Shown here: in pieces, positions 8,538 to 17,400 of the stretch
Layout of the letters: each line of letters begins with the position of its first letter
Numbering within the stretch: the first letter of the stretch is position 1
DNA from: an uncultured Bacilli bacterium
Lineage (GTDB): Bacteria; Bacillota_I; Bacilli_A; RF39; UBA660
Direction: 5' to 3'
DNA: 41,855 bases
Assembly: GCA_947630435.1 (NCBI GenBank)
Contig: CANRHO010000001.1
Span: 1 to 41,855 of the forward strand
Position numbers and translations under genes: made by a program
The notes under the pieces: model-generated
Databases searched by the model: none
Told to the model about the DNA's origin: nothing
What the model saw: the letters and a program-made list of their open reading frames with translations, nothing else

Positions 8538-9599
8538 TCAATTATGTATTTTGAAAGTTCTTTTTTTTAATAATATCTTCTCTTCGACATCATTTAAAAC
8601 AACACTTATCTTACTTTTGTCTTTTAGATTTAAAATATTAATTATATCTTTACCACCTATTTTTATATCAGATTTCTTTTTGATTGGTAAAGCATCATAT
8701 CTATCATAAATATTTACTTCATTTATTTTAAGTATCTGAGAAGCTATATAACATACGTAATTACCCTCTTTATATAATTCCATATCATCTATTTTATTAT
8801 CCCTTAAAACTCGTAAAATAGCTTGTAAATAGCTTCTTTCGTTAGTGGTAAATGGATATTTGGAAGATGGATTAATTTGTGCCCATATACCAATTGGATC
8901 ACTAGTTTTTATAATGTTAGAATTAATATCTATATCTAAATAATCATCTAAGTGTAATTCTTTAATGAGCTTTATACCTTTAAGAGCATTTACGGAAGAA
9001 AAAATTCTATTTAACTCCTGCTTTTTTCTATAATAAGATAACATGGCAAGAGAATCCCGATTATTTATTATTGCTTTTTTTAATTCATCATCTATACTAA
9101 AATCAAGCTCCGTTGCAAATCTTATAGCCCTTAGTATTCTAAGAGTATCTTCTTTAATTTTTTTATCAGCATTACCAACACTTTTTATCACTTGATTTTT
9201 AATATCGTCTATAGAGTTAAGTAAATCTAATATTCTTCCGTTTTTATCAATACAAAGTGTATTAATTGTAAAATCACGTCTTTTTAAATCTATTATTAGT
9301 TTATCGGTATACACGATTTTAGAAGGTGTTCTTCTGTTTTGATACTCAAGATCCATCCTATAGGTAGTTATTTCAAAGTTAATTTTCTTAAAAAGCAACT
9401 TAACTGAACCATAAGATTCAAATGGTATTTTAACATCATTAAAAATTTCTTGTATTTGTTTAGGTGTAGCATTTGTTGCAATATCAATGTCATAACTTTT
9501 CCTTTTTAAAATCATATCTCTTACAAACCCACCAACTATGTAGGCTTCATATCCGTTTTCATAAAAAATATTTAAAAGCTTAATAGCTTCTTCTTTCAT
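8538..9599 (-). CDS. cca: CCA-adding tRNA nucleotidyltransferase
   Basis: GYEAYIVGGFVRD, DIDIAT and RRDFTINTL are PolyA_pol/CCA motifs. ATG at 9599 follows AGGTGA and is preferred over the upstream GTG at 9608. Confidence 0.85.
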   Translation of the reverse strand: MKEEAIKLLNIFYENGYEAYIVGGFVRDMILKRKSYDIDIATNATPKQIQEIFNDVKIPFESYGSVKLLFKKINFEITTYRMDLEYQNRRTPSKIVYTDKLIIDLKRRDFTINTLCIDKNGRILDLLNSIDDIKNQVIKSVGNADKKIKEDTLRILRAIRFATELDFSIDDELKKAIINNRDSLAMLSYYRKKQELNRIFSSVNALKGIKLIKELHLDDYLDIDINSNIIKTSDPIGIWAQINPSSKYPFTTNERSYLQAILRVLRDNKIDDMELYKEGNYVCYIASQILKINEVNIYDRYDALPIKKKSDIKIGGKDIINILNLKDKSKISVVLNDVEEKILLKKRTFKIHN

Positions 9600-9635
9600 T
9601 AGTATCACCTATATAATTATAACATTTTAAAAAAG

Positions 9636-9659
9636 AAAAAAACCATTTTCATGGTTTTT
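9636..9659 (-). terminator. Rho-independent terminator of hup
   Basis: Minus strand AAAACCAT-GAAA-ATGGTTTT followed by a T-run, 7 nt after the hup stop. Confidence 0.75.
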
Positions 9660-9665
9660 CGATTA

Positions 9666-9938
9666 TTAGTTTACAGCTTCCTTTAATTTAGAACCTGCTT
9701 TAAATGCAACTGCAGTTCTTGCAGGAATCTTAACTTTTTCTCCAGTTCTTGGATTATGTCCTTCTCTAGCAGCTCTTTGTGAAGTTGCGAAAGTTCCAAA
9801 TCCTACTAAAGAAACCTTGTCTCCTGCTTTTAAAGCTTCTGTAACCGTTGAAGTAAATGCATCAAGTGCACGAGCAGCATCTGCTTTAGTTAGTCCAGCT
9901 TTTTCAGCCATCTTTTCTACTAATTCTTGTTTTGACAT
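9666..9938 (-). CDS. hup: DNA-binding protein HU
   Basis: 90 aa from ATG 9938 (GGAGG RBS). MSKQELVEKMAEKAGLTKADAARALDAF...VSLVGFGTF..R.AREGHNPRTGEKVKIPA is canonical HU. The track's 9 extra N-terminal codons are rejected. Confidence 0.95.
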   Translation of the reverse strand: MSKQELVEKMAEKAGLTKADAARALDAFTSTVTEALKAGDKVSLVGFGTFATSQRAAREGHNPRTGEKVKIPARTAVAFKAGSKLKEAVN

Positions 9939-10051
9939 AATTAAAACCTCCATGTTTATGTTCATTTATAAGCTATCTTGCTTACAATATAAGCGTACCA
10001 TTTTTAAAAGAATAATTCAAGTATTTTAATCATAAAAATAACATTTTTTAC

Positions 10052-10600
10052 TTATTTTTTAAGGGTTTGTGTACTTTTTAGCAATAGATGAATAACTAAT
10101 CTTCTATTTTTATGTTTTTTTTGACAAGTAACAAGGAGTAAAGCCCTTTTTTCATCATTGTTTAAAATGCTAATTTCCGTATCTAATACGTCATATATTT
10201 TATCTACCTTATAAGTTACTTTTAATTTATCTTTGTATAAATATACTAAATCTTCTTCTTTAAGTTCGTCTAGTCTATTAAAATATGTTCCATACCCCAT
10301 TCCAGAATGACCAAATATTATAATCTTTTCATTATAGTTACTATTTTTATAATATACCAAACCATATTTTAAGTTATTAAAGTTATCATCAGATAATCTA
10401 ACTACCGTGTTAAGATTAATAACAGGAATATTAATTACCATGCTACTTTTATAGTTAAAACTAGAATTATTGCTGTAATAGCTATTTACTTCATGGTTAT
10501 TTTTACTATTTATATATATCCAACAAATACATTCTTTTATAATTAAAAACAACAACATTAAACATATGATTCTAAGCAAGTTTTTTTTCATAAAAGACAC
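10052..10600 (-). CDS. Sortase family transpeptidase (small, N-terminal membrane anchor)
   Basis: 182 aa. TM anchor, candidate catalytic His in IIIFGHSG, Cys in LLLVTCQ and Arg in NRRLVIH. Overlaps the 3' end of the LPKTG protein gene by 29 nt. Confidence 0.8.
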   Translation of the reverse strand: MSFMKKNLLRIICLMLLFLIIKECICWIYINSKNNHEVNSYYSNNSSFNYKSSMVINIPVINLNTVVRLSDDNFNNLKYGLVYYKNSNYNEKIIIFGHSGMGYGTYFNRLDELKEEDLVYLYKDKLKVTYKVDKIYDVLDTEISILNNDEKRALLLVTCQKKHKNRRLVIHLLLKSTQTLKK

Positions 10601-12014
10601 CAGCTATTAATAAGCTAAACAATATTAAATAACCATATATTTTTTTTCCGGTTTTTGGTAATTTTATATTGTGATTAACTAAGGTTATGTTTTGTACAAT
10701 ACCATCTTTAGTAACCTCTATTATTTTATCTTTTACTTTATCTACTCCATCTAAAGAAGTAATTTGCCTAAGTATATATTTACCATATGCAAGTTCTAAC
10801 GTTATGTTACCATTTTCATCGGTTGTTTTTTCCATAACAAAGTTTCCACGTTCATCATAAACGTAAAATAATATTCCTTGTTCTGGAGTACATGTTTTAT
10901 CTTTTTCATTATCTAGTACTTTGGTAATAACTACTTTATTTTTAATTATACGTTCATATGATTTTATAGTTGTATTTAAATTATTAGTATCTAAAGAAAA
11001 ACTATGTTTTTCACTATCAACAGTATAACCTATACTAGATTTTAGTTCTTTTATGAAATAATTACCCTTTGGTAAATTATCAAAGATAACCTTTCCTTGT
11101 TTATCGGTTTCTTTACTAGCCAAAAGTTTTCCACTTTCATCATACAATCCATATATTGCTCCTTCTAAACAAGCTCCTAAAGAAGATGGTACCTTACTAT
11201 TAGTATCTAAATCTAATTTATCAACAATTACCTTTGCATATGTATAATTAATATTATATTTTTTTTCATAATTATAAGGAAATTCAAAACTTCCTATTGT
11301 TTGATAACCAGATTTATAATAAAACTTTGTTGCCTTACCATTTTGCTTTCTTCTTAAATTAAATGAATTATCACCAGCTTTTACTTTTATTTTTATATTA
11401 TTGCCCTCTATTTTAATATCGGCATTACCAAGTAATTCATATCCATTTAAAACGTTATTTTTATCATTTAAAGATAATTCATCACCAACGATATATTTAT
11501 CTTTAAAATCAAATTCAGGACTTATCTCATATTTATTTACAAGATTCATTATTTCACTTTTATAAGATTCTATATTTAATGTATTACCTCCTTCTTTTTT
11601 ATCGGTCCACCATACGTTTTCTACACCCATTTCTCTCCAGATCAACTCTTGAGCAGCCATATAATATTCTTTAACATTATGATTTGTATACCCATACCCA
11701 TAGTAACCTATTAAACTTAATTTTTTTATATTTTTATTCTTTAAATTAGTATCATTAATATCATTTGTCGAATTATAAGTACCACCTTTATCTGCGACTA
11801 TACCTGGTTCAATGCAGTAAGCTGTATTCCCATTTGCAGTTATCATAGCAAGATTAGTAATGTGATCAGATCCACTTCTATACTGATGCGCAAATATACT
11901 TCTATCTAAATTCCAATCAATGTACGAGTCCATAGATGCCGCATTTACTTTTACAAATGGTAGTAATAACATAACTAATAATATTGATAATGATATAATT
12001 AATTTGTTTTTCAT
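10572..12014 (-). CDS. LPKTG-anchored surface adhesin with two Cna-B/SpaA-type domains and a thioester-domain-like N-terminal region
   Basis: 480 aa. Signal peptide (..VKVNA/AS). C-terminal sorting signal LPKTG + TM + KKLA. Two prealbumin-fold repeats (GAIYGLYDESGKLLASKETDKQGKVIFDNLPKGNYFIKE; GILFYVYDERGNFVMEKTTDENGNITLELAYGKYILRQ). The N-terminal region carries AYCIEPG and AAQELIW. Confidence 0.8.
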   Translation of the reverse strand: MKNKLIISLSILLVMLLLPFVKVNAASMDSYIDWNLDRSIFAHQYRSGSDHITNLAMITANGNTAYCIEPGIVADKGGTYNSTNDINDTNLKNKNIKKLSLIGYYGYGYTNHNVKEYYMAAQELIWREMGVENVWWTDKKEGGNTLNIESYKSEIMNLVNKYEISPEFDFKDKYIVGDELSLNDKNNVLNGYELLGNADIKIEGNNIKIKVKAGDNSFNLRRKQNGKATKFYYKSGYQTIGSFEFPYNYEKKYNINYTYAKVIVDKLDLDTNSKVPSSLGACLEGAIYGLYDESGKLLASKETDKQGKVIFDNLPKGNYFIKELKSSIGYTVDSEKHSFSLDTNNLNTTIKSYERIIKNKVVITKVLDNEKDKTCTPEQGILFYVYDERGNFVMEKTTDENGNITLELAYGKYILRQITSLDGVDKVKDKIIEVTKDGIVQNITLVNHNIKLPKTGKKIYGYLILFSLLIAGVFYEKKLA

Positions 12015-12333
12015 GTTTTATTTCCTTTCTTTTCGTATGCATTTTTATTGAATAATCAAATTATTTTATATAAATTTTATGTTTTTATTATTTTTTTGCT
12101 TGATAACAAAATTATTAAATTCAGCTAACTTTTTTCAAATATAACATATAGGTCTTGTGTTTCTCTTTTAAAATTGTTATGTTTATTAAAATACAAACTC
12201 TTATTTAAATATAAACGCTAATTTAGTAAGTTATAATTTTTCGTGTATCTATAAAATTTTCCTCCTTTCAAATTAATGGCCACTACTATACTCATAATAT
12301 TTGTCGAATTAAAATGAATTTTGTTTAAAAATT

Positions 12334-12361
12334 AAAAAAACTTCAAAATTTTGAAGTTTTT
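12334..12361. terminator. Bidirectional rho-independent terminator ending the glycopolymer/lysin transcription unit
   Basis: A7-CTTCAAAATTTTGAAG-T5 is a perfect palindrome flanked by A and T runs. It lies about 130 nt downstream of the stop of the lectin-GH25 gene on the minus strand. Confidence 0.7.
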
Positions 12362-12490
12362 CGTATCTTAATACATAATATTTTTCTAAATTTAACATAT
12401 AATTATAAACTTTATTATCTAACATTTATTCAATATATATATTTATATCCATAAAAAACGATTAATGTGTAATTATTTCAATAACTATGT

Positions 12491-14929
12491 TTATTTTAAA
12501 TAACTCATATCAACGTATCCATGAACACCATCTATTGTAGCAGATGAAGTATATTGCCATAACGAATAAGAACCACTATAACCACAATATCCGCGATAAT
12601 CCGCTACCCAGTCAACATAACCTTTAACATTATTACTTAATCTGCTATCTATATAGTTTGTACTAGCATAAACTTTAACTTTATACTTAGAACTTACGTA
12701 TGAACTAACACTATTAACATATGTATTTATTATGTTATCATATTGGGGTTTAGTTAACGTCTTTGAAGACTCCGTATTAGTATACCAATCTTCTATATCA
12801 TAATAGATTCCAAGAGTAGGATTTAAATTATACTTCCTAATCATATCTTTTGTAAAATTAGCTTCTATATTAGCTCCATTAGTCGTTGATGCATAACTAA
12901 ATAAATATATCCCATATGGTATTTCTAATCTTTTGACTTCATTTATATATTCTTTGAATTTTTCATCTTCCGTACTCCAATATCCTATTCTTAAGATTAC
13001 TCCATAAATACCACTATTTGATACTTTATTCCAGTCTATACTACCCTGATGATAACTAACATCCATAACTCTTGTTTTTTCTTCTGATTTAATGAATTTA
13101 AATTTTTGGTTTTTTCCACCATTATATTCCCATAGTAAAATATTAGTTCCATTAGATGTTTGTCCATTTGAAACATCTAAGTATAAATTACCACAATTAG
13201 ATATTATGTAAAAATATCCATCACCTGCTGATTTTATTATCCACTGCTGATTAATACCATTACCGCTGTCATATATTAATGCATTTGTACCATTTGCAGA
13301 GGATGCTCCCTCAACATCAATTGATTTGGTTAAATCGACTAGTGTACTAATTTTATAATAGCCATTTGATAAATACTCTATCTTAAATTTTTGAGCCAAA
13401 GAAGTATTTCTACTCCATAATTGTATATTTGTTTTGTTCTGGGGTTTTGCACCATTTACATCAACAAACATATCTTTATTTAAAGCACTTGAAATTCTAT
13501 ATATTCCATCGTCTAAAATTCTTTCACTAATTCCAGAAGCAGTTTTGATAAAATTAAATTTTTGTGCATTACCACCGTTAAATTCATGAATTTGAATATT
13601 TGTTTTATTACTTGTAGAAAGTCCAGTTAAATCTACGTATTGCCCGTTTTTTGATAATATATAATAACCATTAGAAGATTTTCTAATAAACCATTTTTGA
13701 TTATCGTTATTTTCGTATTTACCTATGTTTATATTTGCACCATCAACTTGTAAAGAATAATTATTATCCTTATCACACAATATTGCATAATATCCATCTT
13801 TTATATATTTTATGTACCATTTCTGAGCCATACCATAATTCAAATCATATATTTGTACGTTAGTTGAAGGTTCCATGTTAGCTTGATTAACATCCACTAC
13901 TTTTTTATTGTTTAAAATCGTATTTATAAAATAGTAACCATCCATAATAGATTTTATCCCATTATCCTGAATCTTATCAAACTTGAATTTTTGATTATCC
14001 GAATCTTTAGCCGTATACATTTGAATGTTAGCCCCATTCTGGGCATTTCCTTTATATACATCAAGTGCTAGATAATTACACTTTGATAATATATGATAAT
14101 AACCATCACCAGAGTCTTGTATTATCCACTGCTGGTTATTTCCGCCATTGGATTTATAAATTTCTACGTTAGTTTCATTTGTCTTCCCGGCATTATGAAC
14201 GTCCAAAACATAATTAATATCAAAATAAGACCTTATGGTATAATAACCATTACCCGTGTAACTAACATAAAACATTTGATTTTCTCCAGCACCTTTTTTG
14301 TAAAGTTGGACATTAGTTGTATTTTTATATTCATTATTATATATATCTAATGTAAAATCATTACTTAATTTAGAAGATATTGTATATACACCAGGTTCAA
14401 TGGTTTTTTTTAAGTCACTAATTTTTTCAAATATAAACTTTTGTGCGTTACTATCGTTACTTTCCCACAATTGAATGTTATTACCATTATAAGCTACTGC
14501 ACCATTTACATCAACGCAATAATTCTCATTGTAAGAACAAATTTTATAATAACCATCATATTTTTTAATGATCCACTTTTGAGCTGATGAATTATTTTTT
14601 TGATAAAGTTGAACATTTACCGAATTATTAAATACCGCTTGATTTGCATCTAATGAAAAATTATCATCAATAGCACTAGTTATTTCATAATAACCATCAT
14701 CTCGATATTTAATAATAAACTTTTGGTTTATGCCCTCATTAGTTTTGTATAATTGAACGTTAGATTTATTTGAGGCTTTGCCAAGATATACATCCATAAC
14801 ATAGTTTTCATCTACCTTGCTATGTATTACGTATACTCCATCATCAATGGTTTTATCATATGCCTTTACATTTATAATTAAACAAAAAAGGCTAATTAAT
14901 AAAATAACGGAAATTTTAATTTTTTTCAT
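12491..14929 (-). CDS. Secreted GH25 muramidase with four N-terminal ricin-type (beta-trefoil) lectin modules
   Basis: 812 aa. Signal peptide (..INVKA/YD). Twelve Q-x-W/F repeats in four groups of three (NQKF, AQKW, AQKF / NQMF, NQQW, NQKF / AQKW, NQKW, AQKF / AQKF, NQQW, NQKF). The C-terminal roughly 195 aa (about 12491-13081) has GH25 motifs (MDVSYHQGSIDW, GIYYDIEDW). Confidence 0.85.
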   Translation of the reverse strand: MKKIKISVILLISLFCLIINVKAYDKTIDDGVYVIHSKVDENYVMDVYLGKASNKSNVQLYKTNEGINQKFIIKYRDDGYYEITSAIDDNFSLDANQAVFNNSVNVQLYQKNNSSAQKWIIKKYDGYYKICSYNENYCVDVNGAVAYNGNNIQLWESNDSNAQKFIFEKISDLKKTIEPGVYTISSKLSNDFTLDIYNNEYKNTTNVQLYKKGAGENQMFYVSYTGNGYYTIRSYFDINYVLDVHNAGKTNETNVEIYKSNGGNNQQWIIQDSGDGYYHILSKCNYLALDVYKGNAQNGANIQMYTAKDSDNQKFKFDKIQDNGIKSIMDGYYFINTILNNKKVVDVNQANMEPSTNVQIYDLNYGMAQKWYIKYIKDGYYAILCDKDNNYSLQVDGANINIGKYENNDNQKWFIRKSSNGYYILSKNGQYVDLTGLSTSNKTNIQIHEFNGGNAQKFNFIKTASGISERILDDGIYRISSALNKDMFVDVNGAKPQNKTNIQLWSRNTSLAQKFKIEYLSNGYYKISTLVDLTKSIDVEGASSANGTNALIYDSGNGINQQWIIKSAGDGYFYIISNCGNLYLDVSNGQTSNGTNILLWEYNGGKNQKFKFIKSEEKTRVMDVSYHQGSIDWNKVSNSGIYGVILRIGYWSTEDEKFKEYINEVKRLEIPYGIYLFSYASTTNGANIEANFTKDMIRKYNLNPTLGIYYDIEDWYTNTESSKTLTKPQYDNIINTYVNSVSSYVSSKYKVKVYASTNYIDSRLSNNVKGYVDWVADYRGYCGYSGSYSLWQYTSSATIDGVHGYVDMSYLK

Positions 14930-14953
14930 TATAACACCTCCATGTATAATTAT

Positions 14954-15385
14954 TTAACTCTTTTTAAATACAAATAATTTACTAAATAAATAATTAAATA
15001 TTATTATAAGTATTTGGCTGACAACCGTCCATATTAGTACCCAAATATCACTGTTTAATTTCAAAACCGTAACAAAAAACCACATTATAAGCATTTCCAT
15101 ACCAAGTGTTAATAATCTGGCAGCAAAAAAACTTAACATTTCCTTTAATATTTTCTTGCTTTTGCTTTTAAATACAAATATTCTATTTGTTACATATGCA
15201 AAAATAACGCCAGCAACCCAAGAAGTTATAACCGCAATTTGTAGTTCAAAAGCATCTTTAGCATTTAAAATAGTAAATAATAATCCCCATTTAACTGCTA
15301 AATTAACTATCGTGGTTAAAGCACCCACTACAAGATAATTTATGATTTCTTCATACTTTCTATATAATTTTAATATTTTTTTCAT
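14954..15385 (-). CDS. GtrA-family membrane protein (putative flippase for polyprenyl-phosphate-linked sugars)
   Basis: 143 aa with 4 TM helices. N-terminal ..INYLVVGALTTIVNLAVKWGL and a C-terminal FNYLFSKLFVFK are typical of the GtrA/PF04138 family. Confidence 0.8.
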   Translation of the reverse strand: MKKILKLYRKYEEIINYLVVGALTTIVNLAVKWGLLFTILNAKDAFELQIAVITSWVAGVIFAYVTNRIFVFKSKSKKILKEMLSFFAARLLTLGMEMLIMWFFVTVLKLNSDIWVLIWTVVSQILIIIFNYLFSKLFVFKKS

Positions 15386-15423
15386 AAGTCCTCAATAATT
15401 TAATAAATAAACATATTACTATG

Positions 15424-16494
15424 TTAGTCATTTATTTTTAATTCTTCCTTTAGATGTTCAACGGTTCTTTTAAATCCTGATGAAATATCATATTTAGGCT
15501 CCCACGATAACTCATCCCTGATTTTTTTAGTAGATAAAATTCCATCTTTAAATGATGCAACTCCTTTTTGAGTTGTCTTTGGTATATCAAAAACAATTTT
15601 TAATTTTTTATCAGGTTCTAAATTTATTAAGGTTTCCGCAAGTTGTCTTATGGAAACTTTAGAATTTTCATCCGCAACATTATAAACCATATCGTTAGAT
15701 TTTAAAAGAATTAAAAACATTGCCTTAATAGCATCAGCAATATATGTGTATGTTCTAACTGAAGAACCATCACTTTTTAAAACAATGTCCTTATTATGCA
15801 AAACGTTATTTAGAAAATCAGCTTGCACACGTCCATCATAAATAGACATACCAGGTCCATAAGTATGAGCTAATCTTACGATTTTTGTATTTAAACCATA
15901 TTCTTCTTTAAAACCTACACACATATTTTCTGCAGCCTTCTTTCCTTCTGCATAGCCATTTCTAGGAATTAAAGGGTTTACCTGTCCTAATAAACCGTCC
16001 TCAGTAAATAATTCCTGCCCATTTATAGGTTCACCATATATCTCACGAGAAGATATAAATAGATATCCTTTAGCGCCTTTATTTTGAGCTAAAGAAAGAG
16101 TATTTGCGGTACCTATAGTATTAGCAAGGTTGGTTTCTACTGGTTGTTTTCCCATGATTTTTGGACTAGCAGGAGAAGCCGCATGAATTACATAATCTAC
16201 GTTACCCTCGACGCTAATTGGATTTATTACATTTGCAACAATTATTTCTACGCTATTATTATTCTTTACATATGAATCCAATTTATTAACATCTCTTACT
16301 AGTGCTTTTATTTTAGTATTAGTATTATAAAGTTCATTTAACTTTATAATAGTATAAACAAAATATGATCCTACCATTCCAGAAGCCCCTGTAATTAAAA
16401 CCGTTTTATCTTTTAATTTTTCTACTAATAATTTTGAAGTACAAAATTCAATTATATCTTTTACATCTTCATCTATTATTTTTGAATATTTCAT
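15424..16494 (-). CDS. Extended-SDR NAD(P)-dependent epimerase/dehydratase/reductase
   Basis: 356 aa. Rossmann motif VLITGASGMVGSY, catalytic YAEGK (YxxxK) and an SSREIYG serine. Resembles UDP-glucuronate decarboxylase/GalE-type enzymes. Substrate not determinable. Confidence 0.8.
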   Translation of the reverse strand: MKYSKIIDEDVKDIIEFCTSKLLVEKLKDKTVLITGASGMVGSYFVYTIIKLNELYNTNTKIKALVRDVNKLDSYVKNNNSVEIIVANVINPISVEGNVDYVIHAASPASPKIMGKQPVETNLANTIGTANTLSLAQNKGAKGYLFISSREIYGEPINGQELFTEDGLLGQVNPLIPRNGYAEGKKAAENMCVGFKEEYGLNTKIVRLAHTYGPGMSIYDGRVQADFLNNVLHNKDIVLKSDGSSVRTYTYIADAIKAMFLILLKSNDMVYNVADENSKVSIRQLAETLINLEPDKKLKIVFDIPKTTQKGVASFKDGILSTKKIRDELSWEPKYDISSGFKRTVEHLKEELKIND

Positions 16495-16506
16495 ATTTAC
16501 CTCACT

Positions 16507-17250
16507 TTAGTTACTATGATTTTGTTTTTTTAATTCTAACAACTGACTATAATCTATTGATGCGTAATTCCCTAATAGTGTACAGTAGTCTTCTGCCGTT
16601 GTAACTTTTATATTTCCTCTATTTCCATTAACTAAATGACAATTAATTCCGTTTTTAAACATTAAACCACAAGAATCAACTATACCCTCATATTTAGGAT
16701 TTGTTTTTCTTTCTTTTAAATGCATTTTATATATATCATCTAAATAAAAACATTGTGGAGCCTGAGCTGTATACATAATTTTTCGTTCGGGCATTTTTGT
16801 TACTTTAACCCCATCCATACTCATAACAGGAGTTTCAAAACATGGAGTAACAGTTATTGCGCTTCCATGACGTTCTACCGAATCAACACATTCATTAATC
16901 GTTTCTTTACTTACTAAAGGTCTTACACCATCATGAATTAATACAACTGCATTATCATAATCTTTTTTTACTTCACTTAACCCAATAAAAATCGAATCTT
17001 GACCTGTATCACCTCCAGGAAATACTCTTTTAACTTTTGTAATACCATACTTACTAACCAAAGACTCTAGATAATCAACATAATCTTTAACACACGCGAT
17101 ATATATATAGTCAATTTTTTCATTTGATTCAAATAATTCAAGCGTATGAACAATAATCTCCTTTCCTTGAACTTTCAAAAACTGTTTTGGAATCTCGGCA
17201 CCCATTCTTTGCCCAATTCCTCCGGCAAATATAATCGCAATCTTTTTCAT
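16507..17250 (-). CDS. tarI: IspD/TarI-family cytidylyltransferase (probable alditol-phosphate, e.g. ribitol-5-phosphate, cytidylyltransferase)
   Basis: Start set at ATG 17250 (GGAGGAAAATT RBS), giving MKKIAIIFAGGIGQRMG..IPKQF, the IspD-family signature. The track's 27-codon N-terminal extension is rejected. The gene symbol is by family analogy. Confidence 0.75.
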   Translation of the reverse strand: MKKIAIIFAGGIGQRMGAEIPKQFLKVQGKEIIVHTLELFESNEKIDYIYIACVKDYVDYLESLVSKYGITKVKRVFPGGDTGQDSIFIGLSEVKKDYDNAVVLIHDGVRPLVSKETINECVDSVERHGSAITVTPCFETPVMSMDGVKVTKMPERKIMYTAQAPQCFYLDDIYKMHLKERKTNPKYEGIVDSCGLMFKNGINCHLVNGNRGNIKVTTAEDYCTLLGNYASIDYSQLLELKKQNHSN

Positions 17251-17296
17251 AATTTTCCTCCATAATAGCGTTATATTATTCATATATCTTTTTATA

Positions 17297-17325
17297 ATTT
17301 TATCATAATAAATACTATTAATCAA
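17297..17325 (-). promoter_or_regulatory. Candidate internal promoter upstream of tarI
   Basis: Minus strand reads TTGATT (17325-17320), 17-nt spacer, TGA-TAAAAT (-10 at 17302-17297), within the 150-nt gap between the PF05704 gene and tarI. Confidence 0.4.
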
Positions 17326-17400
17326 ACTCAATACTATCTTTAAAACGTTTCGTGAATTTGATTAAATATATTTTTATACCTTATAAATAGGTACACTACA

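Noticed and set aside
12015-12490. Invertible promoter or phase-variation switch upstream of the adhesin
   Set aside because: Scanning by eye found no long flanking inverted repeats other than the terminator palindrome. No site-specific recombinase gene is in the window.
3983-14929. Prophage lysis cassette (holin-like gene at 3983-4255 plus GH25 lysin at 12491-14929)
   Set aside because: The two genes are 8 kb apart and separated by core housekeeping genes (recU, ponA, dnaD, cca, hup). No phage structural, integrase or repressor genes are present. The GH25 protein has its own signal peptide.
17251-17331. N-terminal extensions offered by the ORF track for tarI (17251-17331), hup (9939-9965), GT2 (35894-35965), Alg13-like (22511-22537), GT2 (31301-31324), wzy (32754-32789), GT-C (38217-38267) and ponA (5039-5053)
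   Set aside because: In each case an internal ATG is preceded by a good GGAGG-type RBS at 5-9 nt and restores the canonical family N-terminus. The extensions overlap upstream genes or lack an RBS.
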